Positions 1 to 5,959 of a stretch of DNA of 5,959 bases are shown here, piece after piece. Position 1 is the first letter of the stretch, and every line of letters starts with the position of its first letter. This DNA is from Rotaria socialis (taxonomy: Eukaryota), in contig CAJNXB010003524.1 in assembly GCA_905331015.1 (NCBI GenBank), forward strand, positions 97,596 through 103,554, written 5' to 3'. The notes beneath the pieces are model-generated. The model made no database searches. It saw nothing but the letters and a program-made list of their open reading frames with translations, and was not told where the DNA came from. The translations under genes were made by a program, and so were the position numbers.

Positions 1-187
1 ATTTGATGCTCATGTATTACATTTCTTTTAAATTTAAAAAACACATTATTTTTCATGTTAAGTTAAACTGAAGATTTCTCTATTTTACACTTCTCTGTTT
101 TACCCTTCACAATTCGCTCAAAATATGGTTTCGCTAAAACGTTTTTCGCTGATTTACCACCATACCAATATAACTTGTCATTTTCAG

Positions 188-346
188 CACATTATGTTGT
201 GTTTTTCATCAGGTCGCAGTCAACTACGCAGGATGCAAGTAAAATTGCCGTATTCAACCCAAGACAGTGGTGAAGCGTCTGTTCTTGAGGAGGGGCATGG
301 TCGTCATCGCAATAAAGTCAGACCAACTACTGAAACGAATTCTATC
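188..346 (+). CDS. TRPM-like exon 1 in window (SLOG domain, central strand region)
   Basis: Acceptor cattttcag|CAC. Donor ATC|gtagtt. 53 open codons: HIMLCFSSGRSQLRRMQVKLPYSTQDSGEASVLEEGHGRHRNKVRPTTETNSI. VKLPYSTQ resembles the V-x-PYQT segment after the IGIAPWG strand of TRPMs. Phase 0/0 fits the next exon. This is the weakest homology of the set. Confidence 0.5.
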
Positions 347-413
347 GTAGTTATCATTAAATAAAAGAGACAAACATATTTCTGTGTGAACGCGACTACT
401 TTCGTTTTAATAG

Positions 414-600
414 GACCTTCAGGAACTCAATTGCGATGGAACCAACATCAATTACAACTTAGAATCGAATAACACTCATTTTTTTCTCTTTGATCATAAG
501 CCGAATGATTGGGAAAGTATTATCAGGAAGCGTCATGATATCGAAAACGAACTAAGCTGCGCACTGAAGTCAACAGTGCTTGGCTATAATCAATGGACTG
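414..600 (+). CDS. TRPM-like exon 2 (SLOG domain)
   Basis: Acceptor ttttaatag|GAC. Donor ACTG|gtatgc. Translation: DLQELNCDGTNINYNLESNNTHFFLFDHKPNDWESIIRKRHDIENELSCALKSTVLGYNQWT. NTHFFLFDHK...IENELS parallels the TRPM HSHFILVDDG...LEKxIS segment. The exon ends in phase 1. Confidence 0.75.
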
Positions 601-661
601 GTATGCACGACCAAATTATTTGTCAAAAATATTCACAGCTAGTCTATAATATATTTTTCAG

Positions 662-771
662 TATTTGACGATGATATTCCAATAGTTGCGTTACTACTTG
701 GTGGCAATGTTACAACACTACGTGCCATATGTAATCACTTAAAGAATGGCACTCCGGTCGTCGTTGTTCAA
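662..771 (+). CDS. TRPM-like exon 3 (SLOG domain glycine-rich loop)
   Basis: Acceptor atttttcag|TA completes the split codon G+TA=V. Translation: VFDDDIPIVALLLGGNVTTLRAICNHLKNGTPVVVVQ, matching TRPM IPIVCVVLEGGPGTL...NGTPCVVVEG. Donor CAA|gtagga, phase 0. Confidence 0.88.
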
Positions 772-876
772 GTAGGAACATCTATAAATAGATCTTTTAT
801 ATGAATGAAAAAGGATATAAAATATAGAAAAGATAGTTATCAGACAAGCAAAAAACGGAAGGGGGGAAAAGCGCGA

Positions 877-1012
877 CTTCCGTACTTCCGTACTCCCTTC
901 GTACTCCCCTGTACTTGACTTGTAATCCCTTGTAATTCACTTGTACTCCCTTGTACTCCCTTGTAATTTGCTTGTACTAACATCGTACTTCCATGTACTT
1001 CCATCGTACTTC
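877..1012 (+). repeat. Tandem array of about 13 degenerate 10-11 bp units (consensus cTTGTACTCC) inside the element
   Basis: GTA(C/A)T cores start at 882, 890, 901, 911, 922, 932, 943, 953, 963, 974, 985, 995 and 1006. Spacings are 8, 11, 10, 11, 10, 11, 10, 10, 11, 11, 10, 11. All units share one orientation. Confidence 0.85.
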
Positions 1013-1029
1013 AAAATTTTTTTGAAGTA
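1007..1029. repeat. Perfect 10 bp stem / 3 nt loop palindrome at the right end of the element
   Basis: tacttcaaaa-ttt-ttttgaagta. The two arms are exact reverse complements. Confidence 0.8.
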
Positions 1030-1119
1030 GATGAAGTCGCGCTTTTGCCCCCTTGGATAGTAATCACAAAATATCAGCTATTTCATAATTTGCTTATTTG
1101 ATAAACTTGTTTCTTGTAG

Positions 1120-1500
1120 GGTACCGGAGAAGTTGCTGACATCATCGTTGACATCGTTACTAACATTACTAAATTCTCAAATTCAATTTCCAAAAGAGTT
1201 AAATTTGATCTGAATAACTGGAAAAGCAACTTTTCCGCCAATATTTATGATTATAAAAGCAAATTGAAGATGTTGTTATTCTCAAACGAAAATGAGACTA
1301 TTGGAGATAGAGAAATTTTGAATTGCATAGACGATCTAGCCAATAATAATGAACTCATCGTCGTATTTGATCCCATCGGAGCCAATGGCAACTTGGAAGG
1401 TGCGATTGCTGATGCAATGTTAAAGAGAATATATTTTCGACGTCAGGAAAATGACAGTTACAATTATAAGATGCTAGCAATGGAATTGAAATGGTGTCTG
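1120..1500 (+). CDS. TRPM-like exon 4 (end of SLOG domain, MHR1/2)
   Basis: Acceptor ttcttgtag|GGT. 127 open codons: GTGEVADIIVDIVTN...NNNELIVVFDPIGANGNLEGAIADAMLKRIY...YKMLAMELKWCL. GTGEVADII matches TRPM GSGRxADxI. ELIVVFD...LEGAIADAMLK matches ELITVF...IDLAILTALLK. Donor CTG|gtaaga. Confidence 0.92.
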
Positions 1501-1565
1501 GTAAGATTTTAGCTTTGGGTCTGATGGAAAAATAATTCTTAATGTATTTATTTAAACTTGTTTAG

Positions 1566-1655
1566 ATTTGGGACAAAATTGATCACGCAAGACAAAATGT
1601 GTTCGCTGATCATGTTTTTGAAAAGATGTCAATTTCACAAAAAATGCGAGAGTTC
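1566..1655 (+). CDS. TRPM-like exon 5 (MHR)
   Basis: Acceptor cttgtttag|ATT. Translation: IWDKIDHARQNVFADHVFEKMSISQKMREF. IWDKIDHARQNVF matches the TRPM AWNRVDIARSxIF motif. Consensus donor TTC|gtaagt. Phase 0/0. Confidence 0.82.
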
Positions 1656-2896
1656 GTAAGTGGAAACTATCGTTTGTCGAAGTTTTTCCCCACCACTTTG
1701 CGAAACTGACCATGATTTGAAAGGCTTTATAAAATTGATTAAAATTTCGACACGCATTCAAAAAAAATTGGATGTATAATGTGTATTTCAATGAGTCTAA
1801 TTAAATCGTGTCATTTGTAGAAAAAAAGACGAATTACTTCTATTCTTTTATGAATAACTACTCTTTGTAGGAAAGAAAATTTAAAGATACATTGAAACCT
1901 GTCTATAGTAGACACTCCTTGGACCTTTGCAAAGTTTTCACTGTGCTGAGGTGTCCATTACAGAGGAGCTATATGCTTGGAAACATAATGTTGTATTGAA
2001 AAAGAGCACACGTTTTCAGTTATGTCGATCATGCCTGTAATTCAGTGGATCATTCCAAGCGCATTTTTCTCTCGTCTTATTCATCTGTCTATCTTAGAAT
2101 CTAGAAGTAATGGTTAGTAGTGAAGCAATATTCAACAGCACTGTATTCAACACGTCAAAATTTAAAAAAACGACAGAGGATTTTAATTTGAGTTTGCTGC
2201 CGAAAATATTTATTTGGCAGGCTATGAAATAATTCAAAAGAATGAGCTATTTTTTTCATTCATCATTATACACATCATTTTGAATATTCTTTCAGTGTGT
2301 TCGATACTGTTCACTACCGGGAAGCTTTTATGTCAATCCGTTCGTGAAAATGTTTCCACTATCCACCAAGAGAAATAGTACTCTATTTAACACAGTGAGT
2401 GTCTTTTTTTTGTCACTTAGATGTATGATAGATCAAAAGAAAGGTCGGCACATTATGATGATCGATCTTAGTAAGCACGAAACTCTCGTCAGATTCTCGA
2501 GTAGTGCTCTTTGTAGAGAAGTAATTCCTCAAACATGACTGTGAAAAATATCTATCTCACTAAAAATTTCAATACAGATAGGTTCAATTACAGTAGAAAC
2601 TGCCGTGTCAGATCATGAAGTGTTCACTATGGAAGGTTTCACTGCATGTCGTCAAATTCCAAGCAAATTTCACTTTAATATACTTCAGTATCGGATAGAT
2701 TTGCTGAATGCATTGATCAATGCAATCGGTGAGCATGATGCAAATAAATGTTACGAAATCTCATACACTGCTTTTAATGAATTGATATATTCATAGTTAA
2801 AAGTTTCTTTTGAAGAACTTTTTAGTACTTTTACTCGCAATATAATAGTTTTATAAGCGAAGTTCTACACGTGGACTACTGAGGGCAAAACTACCC

Positions 2897-2972
2897 AATA
2901 GGATCCTATCGGATTCTAAAGATTCCAACGGGATGATGTAGGACCCGATAAAATCCTATAGTCGGATTTTTT
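2897..2972. repeat. Cluster of palindromic, direct and inverted short repeats in the 1375 bp intron, possibly a transposon remnant
   Basis: Perfect 12 bp palindrome ataggatcctat (2898-2909). Direct repeat atcctatcggatt (2903-2915) and atcctatagtcggatt (2953-2968). An inverted copy of the cctatcgg core sits at cccgata (2944-2950). The cluster ends in a T6 run (2967-2972). It is locally more GC-rich than its surroundings. Confidence 0.45.
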
Positions 2973-3030
2973 GTCCTGGGTAACCATGAACCTTCAAATC
3001 TCTTTTCTAACATGAATTTTTTTCTATTAG

Positions 3031-3186
3031 ATAAAAAATTTAGCAAGGACAGCACTCTTCGAAGCATTGTGCCGTGATAACATACATTTCGTGCATTTGC
3101 TGATGGAAAATGGTGTATCAATAAAAGACCTCAACATAGAACAACTAACACCAGAAGAATTCAAGATGTTTTGTGCAAGAATACTG
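3031..3186 (+). CDS. TRPM-like exon 6 (MHR)
   Basis: Acceptor ttttttctattag|ATA, phase 0. An alternative acceptor tttag|CA at 3043/3044 is phase 1. Translation: IKNLARTALFEALCRDNIHFVHLLMENGVSIKDLNIEQLTPEEFKMFCARIL, matching TRPM [29 protein letters not shown]. Donor CTG|gtagat. A stop follows two codons later, so the exon must end here. Confidence 0.75.
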
Positions 3187-4038
3187 GTAGATTGACCTTA
3201 ACATGCCTCTATTGTGTTTTTCAGCATAGTTCAGATTTCTAAATGAAATGTCCAAAACTTTTTCAACAGAAAGAGAATTTCAGAAATTACTAAAACTAGA
3301 AAATTTACTGACAACAAATACGGGAATTTTCGAAAGTAAATTACCAAAATTTTAATAACGCACAGGCAATTTTCAAAAATTTTCATGATCCATATATATG
3401 ATAATGATATGCATGAAGATTGATAAAACAAGAAAGGATATCCTGGGTTTGAAAGAAATTTTGGAAATTTTTCTGAGTAGCCTAGTTAGTAGTTTTTTTT
3501 ACTTCATATTATTGCAGAAGGAGATACAATTAATGAAGTTTCTGTCATTATAGCTTACAGAAGTTTTGAAAATTTGTTGAAATTGATGCTCCCAATTTTC
3601 AATAAACGTTTAAGTTAGCTAGTGATGAGACGAAAATTTTAGTGATAATTTTATATTTCGTTTGTAGTTGCGGAAATTCTTTAGTAATTTTTTAACGGAG
3701 GTTTTCATTTTTAAGAATTTGGAAAGTTACTGTTGAATCAGGTGAAATTTCTTGTCTAACTACCATCGCTAGTAGTCTCCAAAATTAATATTAGTAGAAA
3801 GGAAAATTTTAAAAATTACATTATCGCCAAGAGGAATGTCATTTACGAGATCGCATTTTTGTTCTTGTGCCATTTCTGAAATTGCCCGTTTCTGATTTCA
3901 ACAGTTGCAGTTGTTTTTCTATTGCCATTTTATTTGTAAAAGCGAAAAGTAACAAAATTGAAGAGTTGGAGTTCTTTTTAAAATCTGAACATATCTGCAT
4001 CTTTTGTTATTAAATATGTACTAATTTCTTTTATTCAG

Positions 4039-4158
4039 AATAGTAATGCATTACCTCTCGATAAGATTCCAGGCACTAATGTGGGTATCAATAGGAAATC
4101 TTCGGAATTGGCGGAAATAATATACTCAGAGTATCGCAAGCAATATTTAGAAGACTTC
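4039..4158 (+). CDS. TRPM-like exon 7 (MHR linker)
   Basis: Acceptor cttttattcag|AAT. Donor TTC|gtaaat. 40 open codons: NSNALPLDKIPGTNVGINRKSSELAEIIYSEYRKQYLEDF. Phase 0/0 links exons 6 and 8. Homology to the TRPM (N)LPPDY...IGLVIEYLMG region is loose. Confidence 0.55.
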
Positions 4159-4216
4159 GTAAATATTTAATATCAGTGAATATTTACAATTAGTATTGGT
4201 TGCATCGATACTTTAG

Positions 4217-4387
4217 ATTGAATCAGGAAAAAAGCAAAAAACACAGCAGTCAACCATTGTTTCGTCAGATCAGGCTAGTGATGGAATTATAAATCTATTC
4301 GGCGAAAATAAGATCGAAAAACTTTATCTGTGGTTTTTATTCATGAATCGACCAGAAATGGCCAAATTTATTTGCTCGGTATGTCAG
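4217..4387 (+). CDS. TRPM-like exon 8 (MHR3/4)
   Basis: Acceptor atactttag|ATT. Translation: IESGKKQKTQQSTIVSSDQASDGIINLFGENKIEKLYLWFLFMNRPEMAKFICSVCQ. LYLWFLFMNRPEMAKF matches TRPM LMVWAVLMKRQKMALFF. Donor CAG|gtaagg. A second in-frame donor TCG|gtatgt lies 9 nt upstream. Confidence 0.78.
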
Positions 4388-4467
4388 GTAAGGCATGCAC
4401 TAAGTTGATGCCCAATTTACTATCATATTGAGTTTTCTTTCAATATGTACCGTTTGCTCCCTATCAG

Positions 4468-4562
4468 TATCAGACAGCGGCTTCTCTTCTCGCAGTCGGT
4501 GTTTATTACAAGGCAGCGCAAAAGGATAGGAAATAGAAAGTTGCTTTGATAAAAATTGCAAA
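4468..4562 (+). CDS. TRPM-like exon 9 (MHR4), interrupted by an in-frame TAG at 4534-4536
   Basis: Strong acceptor tttgctccctatcag|TAT. Donor GCAAA|gtgagt, phase 2, fits exon 10. Translation: YQTAASLLAVGVYYKAAQKDRK*KVALIKIA(N). TAASLLAVGVYYKAA parallels TRPM AMAKALVACKLCKAM. Spacing to the next motif is TRPM-like only if the TAG codon is counted. Confidence 0.65.
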
Positions 4563-4637
4563 GTGAGTAAATTTCATTTGAATTTATTTGGCACATCGTG
4601 TTGCATACATGTTTTATTTACTTATTGATGAAAACAG

Positions 4638-4881
4638 CGAGTTCGATGAACATTCAAAAGGCATCATAGACAAATGCTTCAATAAAAACAAACGCCTTGC
4701 TATCAATATAATTGAAGCGAAGGCCACGACATTCTACAATTGTATTCCGTTGGGAATAGCATACCATACTGGTTGTAAAGCTTTTATCGCTAGTGATACT
4801 GCCGAAAATTTTCATAGGGACATATGGTACCACCATTTCAACGATCAGGGACAACTGCTGAAAATAAATATCTCTATTTGG
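4638..4881 (+). CDS. TRPM-like exon 10 (MHR4)
   Basis: Acceptor gatgaaaacag|C, where AA+C gives N. Translation: EFDEHSKGIIDKCFNKNKRLAINIIEAKATTFYNCIPLGIAYHTGCKAFIASDTAENFHRDIWYHHFNDQGQLLKINISIW, matching TRPM ...[32 protein letters not shown]. Donor TGG|gtttgt, phase 0. Confidence 0.85.
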
Positions 4882-4936
4882 GTTTGTCAATGATATTTAC
4901 AGAATAATTTCATAAATCATTCGATATCTTGTTTAG

Positions 4937-5026
4937 ATCTTTCTTGGATCAATTTTTTTGCCTCTCTTGCCAATTGCATCTGTGTTTTGCCCTTCACTTT
5001 ACAAGGAATATTCTACCAAGTCAAAA
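4937..5026 (+). CDS. TRPM-like exon 11 (pre-S1 linker)
   Basis: Acceptor tcttgtttag|ATC. Translation: IFLGSIFLPLLPIASVFCPSLYKEYSTKSK, parallel to TRPM [20 protein letters not shown]. Donor AAA|gtacta is weak but leaves a 61 nt intron. The alternative donor at 5054 would leave only 34 nt. Confidence 0.62.
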
Positions 5027-5087
5027 GTACTACAGATAAAAATACAGCACTTCGTGTATTATTATTTTATATTTTGCTCTCATGTAG

Positions 5088-5137
5088 GAAAGCAATAAGC
5101 CAAATCAATGTCGTCCGGTACTTCCACCTGAGCTAAT
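5088..5137 (+). CDS. TRPM-like exon 12 (variable linker)
   Basis: Acceptor tctcatgtag|GAA. Donor CTAAT|gttagt, phase 2, is the phase exon 13 requires. Translation: ESNKPNQCRPVLPPEL(I). No family motif, so support comes only from splice sites and phase. Confidence 0.5.
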
Positions 5138-5193
5138 GTTAGTTGAAATTTTTTCATTAGTTTAGATTTTCAATTTCAACCCACATTTTACAG

Positions 5194-5287
5194 ATCGACA
5201 CAAGAGATGGCTTCAGGCAGGTCCTGTATGTCTGATAGAATCAAATACTTTTATGAAGCACCAGTAGTAAAATTTTACTATCATTTT
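5194..5287 (+). CDS. TRPM-like exon 13 (pre-S1 helix)
   Basis: Acceptor cattttacag|A. Translation: STQEMASGRSCMSDRIKYFYEAPVVKFYYHF. KYFYEAPVVKFYYHF matches TRPM KIYEFYNAPIVKFWFYT. Donor TTT|gtaagc. Confidence 0.8.
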
Positions 5288-5353
5288 GTAAGCTTTTTTC
5301 CTATATGATTCTGTTCTACCTTCGTGAACATTATTGTTGTGTTACAAATTTAG

Positions 5354-5524
5354 ACTTTCTTCTTCATTTTCCTGATTTTATTCAGTTATGTTCTTCTTAT
5401 CGACTATCTTCCATTAAATTTTGAAGGCGAGAAGCGCTCCGGAATTGGAAATCTACCGATTCCAATCTCGGAGATAATCTTACACATTTATATGTTAGGG
5501 TTCATTATCGATGAATATCACCAG
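5354..5524 (+). CDS. TRPM-like exon 14 (S1, S1-S2 loop, S2)
   Basis: Acceptor caaatttag|ACT. 57 codons: TFFFIFLILFSYVLLIDYLPLNFEGEKRSGIGNLPIPISEIILHIYMLGFIIDEYHQ. Two hydrophobic helices sit where TRPM S1 and S2 lie (compare ISYIFTLGIEKMRE). Donor CAG|gtcagt. Confidence 0.85.
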
Positions 5525-5584
5525 GTCAGTTTTTTATCTTTTCGAAATGTTTTTTTTCTACAACCTTCGTTCCTATATTATTAG

Positions 5585-5721
5585 TTCGTTCGATATAAAA
5601 CAGGAACTCATGACTATTTCTCCAATGTTTGGAATCAGATGGATCTAGCAGGCATTATTTGCTATTTAATCGCATTCATTACCCGATGGTTTGTTGTCGA
5701 ATCTATTTTCAAGGTGTCAAA
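5585..5721 (+). CDS. TRPM-like exon 15 (S2-S3 linker and S3)
   Basis: Acceptor tatattattag|TTC. Translation: FVRYKTGTHDYFSNVWNQMDLAGIICYLIAFITRWFVVESIFKVSK. DYFSNVWNQMDLAGIICYLIAF matches TRPM EYWNVTDLIAIILFSVG. Preferred donor AAA|gtaagc at 5721/5722, phase 2. An alternative donor AAG|gtgtca lies at 5713/5714, phase 0. The next exon is not visible before the window ends. Confidence 0.78.
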
Positions 5722-5959
5722 GTAAGCTATTGTTGTTTGCTTTCTTGCAATTTTTTTAACTGAGTAAAGTCCGACTAAAATTGAAAGTCGTCATTATTAA
5801 GATTCAGAATGATATCAAACAAGATTTATTGAAAAAAAGATATTCATCTGTTGAATAAAACAGAGAGACAGGTCTAAATCATAATTATTTTTGAAATCAG
5901 ACTTCTTTTCTAAGTATCTCTTAAGAAAATTCATGACATAGCTTGAGAAAAGTTATGCC

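Larger units (their letters stand above)
857..1056. mobile_element. ~200 bp non-coding element bounded by inverted repeats (MITE-like or foldback-like), inserted in intron 3
   Basis: Left arm 857-880 ggaaggggggaaaagcgcgacttc. Right arm 1033-1056 gaagtcgcgcttttgcccccttgg. The reverse complement matches 21/24 with a perfect 14 bp core, aaaagcgcgacttc. The GC-rich termini contrast with the AT-rich intron. The interior has no ORF and consists of short tandem repeats. Without the element this intron would be about 148 nt. Confidence 0.6.
188..5721 (+). other. Partial multi-exon gene for a TRPM (melastatin)-family cation channel, covering the SLOG/LSDAT domain, MHR region and S1-S3. The 5' and 3' ends lie outside the window.
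   Basis: Fifteen exons with GT-AG boundaries and mutually consistent phases. The concatenated translation carries TRPM signature motifs in the canonical order. Most introns are 55-80 nt. Confidence 0.85.

Noticed and set aside
125-364. The whole + strand ORF as a stand-alone gene starting at ATG 125
   Set aside because: Only 188-346 is bounded by an acceptor (ttttcag) and a donor (gtagtt) in the phase the next exon needs. The 5' part reads as pyrimidine-rich intron, and the 3' tail runs past the donor to a stop.
877-1012. CRISPR-like array
   Set aside because: The units are only 10-11 bp with no spacers, and the context is a spliceosomal intron of a eukaryotic gene.
832-1062. Target-site duplication GATAGT(T/A)A flanking the inverted-repeat element (832-839 and 1056-1062)
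   Set aside because: The left copy is separated from the inverted repeat by 17 unmatched bases, while the right copy overlaps the repeat end by one base and directly follows it. This is likely coincidence in AT-rich sequence. I mention it only as something a multi-copy alignment could settle.
1552-1791. Minus-strand ORF of 79 aa
   Set aside because: It lies antisense to exon 5 and the adjoining intron. The composition is low-complexity and Phe/Lys-rich, there is no recognisable motif, and its length is expected by chance in AT-rich DNA.
1871-1950. Candidate exon after acceptor ctctttgtag (ERKFKDTLKPVYSRHSLDLCKVFTVL..)
   Set aside because: The only usable donor (GAG|gtgtcc) leaves phase 2, which I could not chain to any downstream acceptor without hitting stops. 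There is no TRPM-like motif.
2881-2972. tRNA or SINE-like Pol III gene ending in T6
   Set aside because: I could not find a cloverleaf, A/B box-like motifs or acceptor-stem pairing. Repeat-remnant is the more conservative reading.
2906-3121. Minus-strand ORF of 71 aa
   Set aside because: It is the antisense shadow of exon 6 plus the palindromic repeat island. It has no family resemblance and no plausible splice or start context.
3231-3431. Minus-strand ORF of 66 aa
   Set aside because: It falls wholly within the low-complexity A/T-tract intron. The peptide is Ile/Phe/Leu/Lys-rich noise.
3518-3620. Candidate exon after acceptor tattattgcag (GDTINEVSVIIAYRSFENLLKLMLPIFNKR)
   Set aside because: It is open only in phase 1, which is incompatible with the phase-0 ends of exons 6 and 7. 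It lacks a credible donor. TRPM spacing between the flanking motifs is already satisfied without it.
4534-4536. Alternative genetic code (TAG read as Gln, as in ciliates) to explain the in-frame stop
   Set aside because: Only one internal stop occurs in about 750 codons. A reassigned code would scatter TAA/TAG through the exons. The intron sizes and TRPM architecture also point to a metazoan with the standard code.
4654-4890. Minus-strand ORF of 78 aa
   Set aside because: It is exactly antisense to the strongly supported exon 10, which is a typical shadow ORF.

Overview
This window is AT-rich eukaryotic DNA, most likely from an invertebrate metazoan, and not a prokaryotic locus. Short GT-AG introns of 55-80 nt interrupt one long + strand gene. 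Joining 15 phase-compatible exons gives a protein that matches TRPM (melastatin) cation channels. It covers the N-terminal SLOG/LSDAT domain (LLLGGNVTTL...GTPVVVVQGTGEVADII), the melastatin homology regions (IWDKIDHARQNVF, ALFEALCRDNIHFVHLLMENGVS, LYLWFLFMNRPEMAKF, CIPLGIAYHTGCKAFIASDTAENFHRDIW), the pre-S1 motif (KYFYEAPVVKFYYHF) and helices S1-S3. Both gene ends, including the pore and TRP box, lie outside the window. I found no second gene, RNA gene, CRISPR array or defence-type operon. All minus-strand ORFs in the track look like AT-rich noise or antisense shadows of exons. Four things deserve a second look. (1) A single in-frame TAG (4534-4536) sits inside a conserved exon of an otherwise intact reading frame. 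(2) A ~200 bp element in intron 3 is bounded by inverted repeats and carries 13 GTAC/GTAAT motifs spaced 10-11 bp apart. (3) Two introns are unusually large (1375 and 852 bp); the first holds splice-competent, phase-compatible candidate cassette exons and a palindromic repeat cluster. (4) The 852 bp intron may show A/T-tract phasing. All homology statements come from recalled TRPM family motifs, not from a database search.
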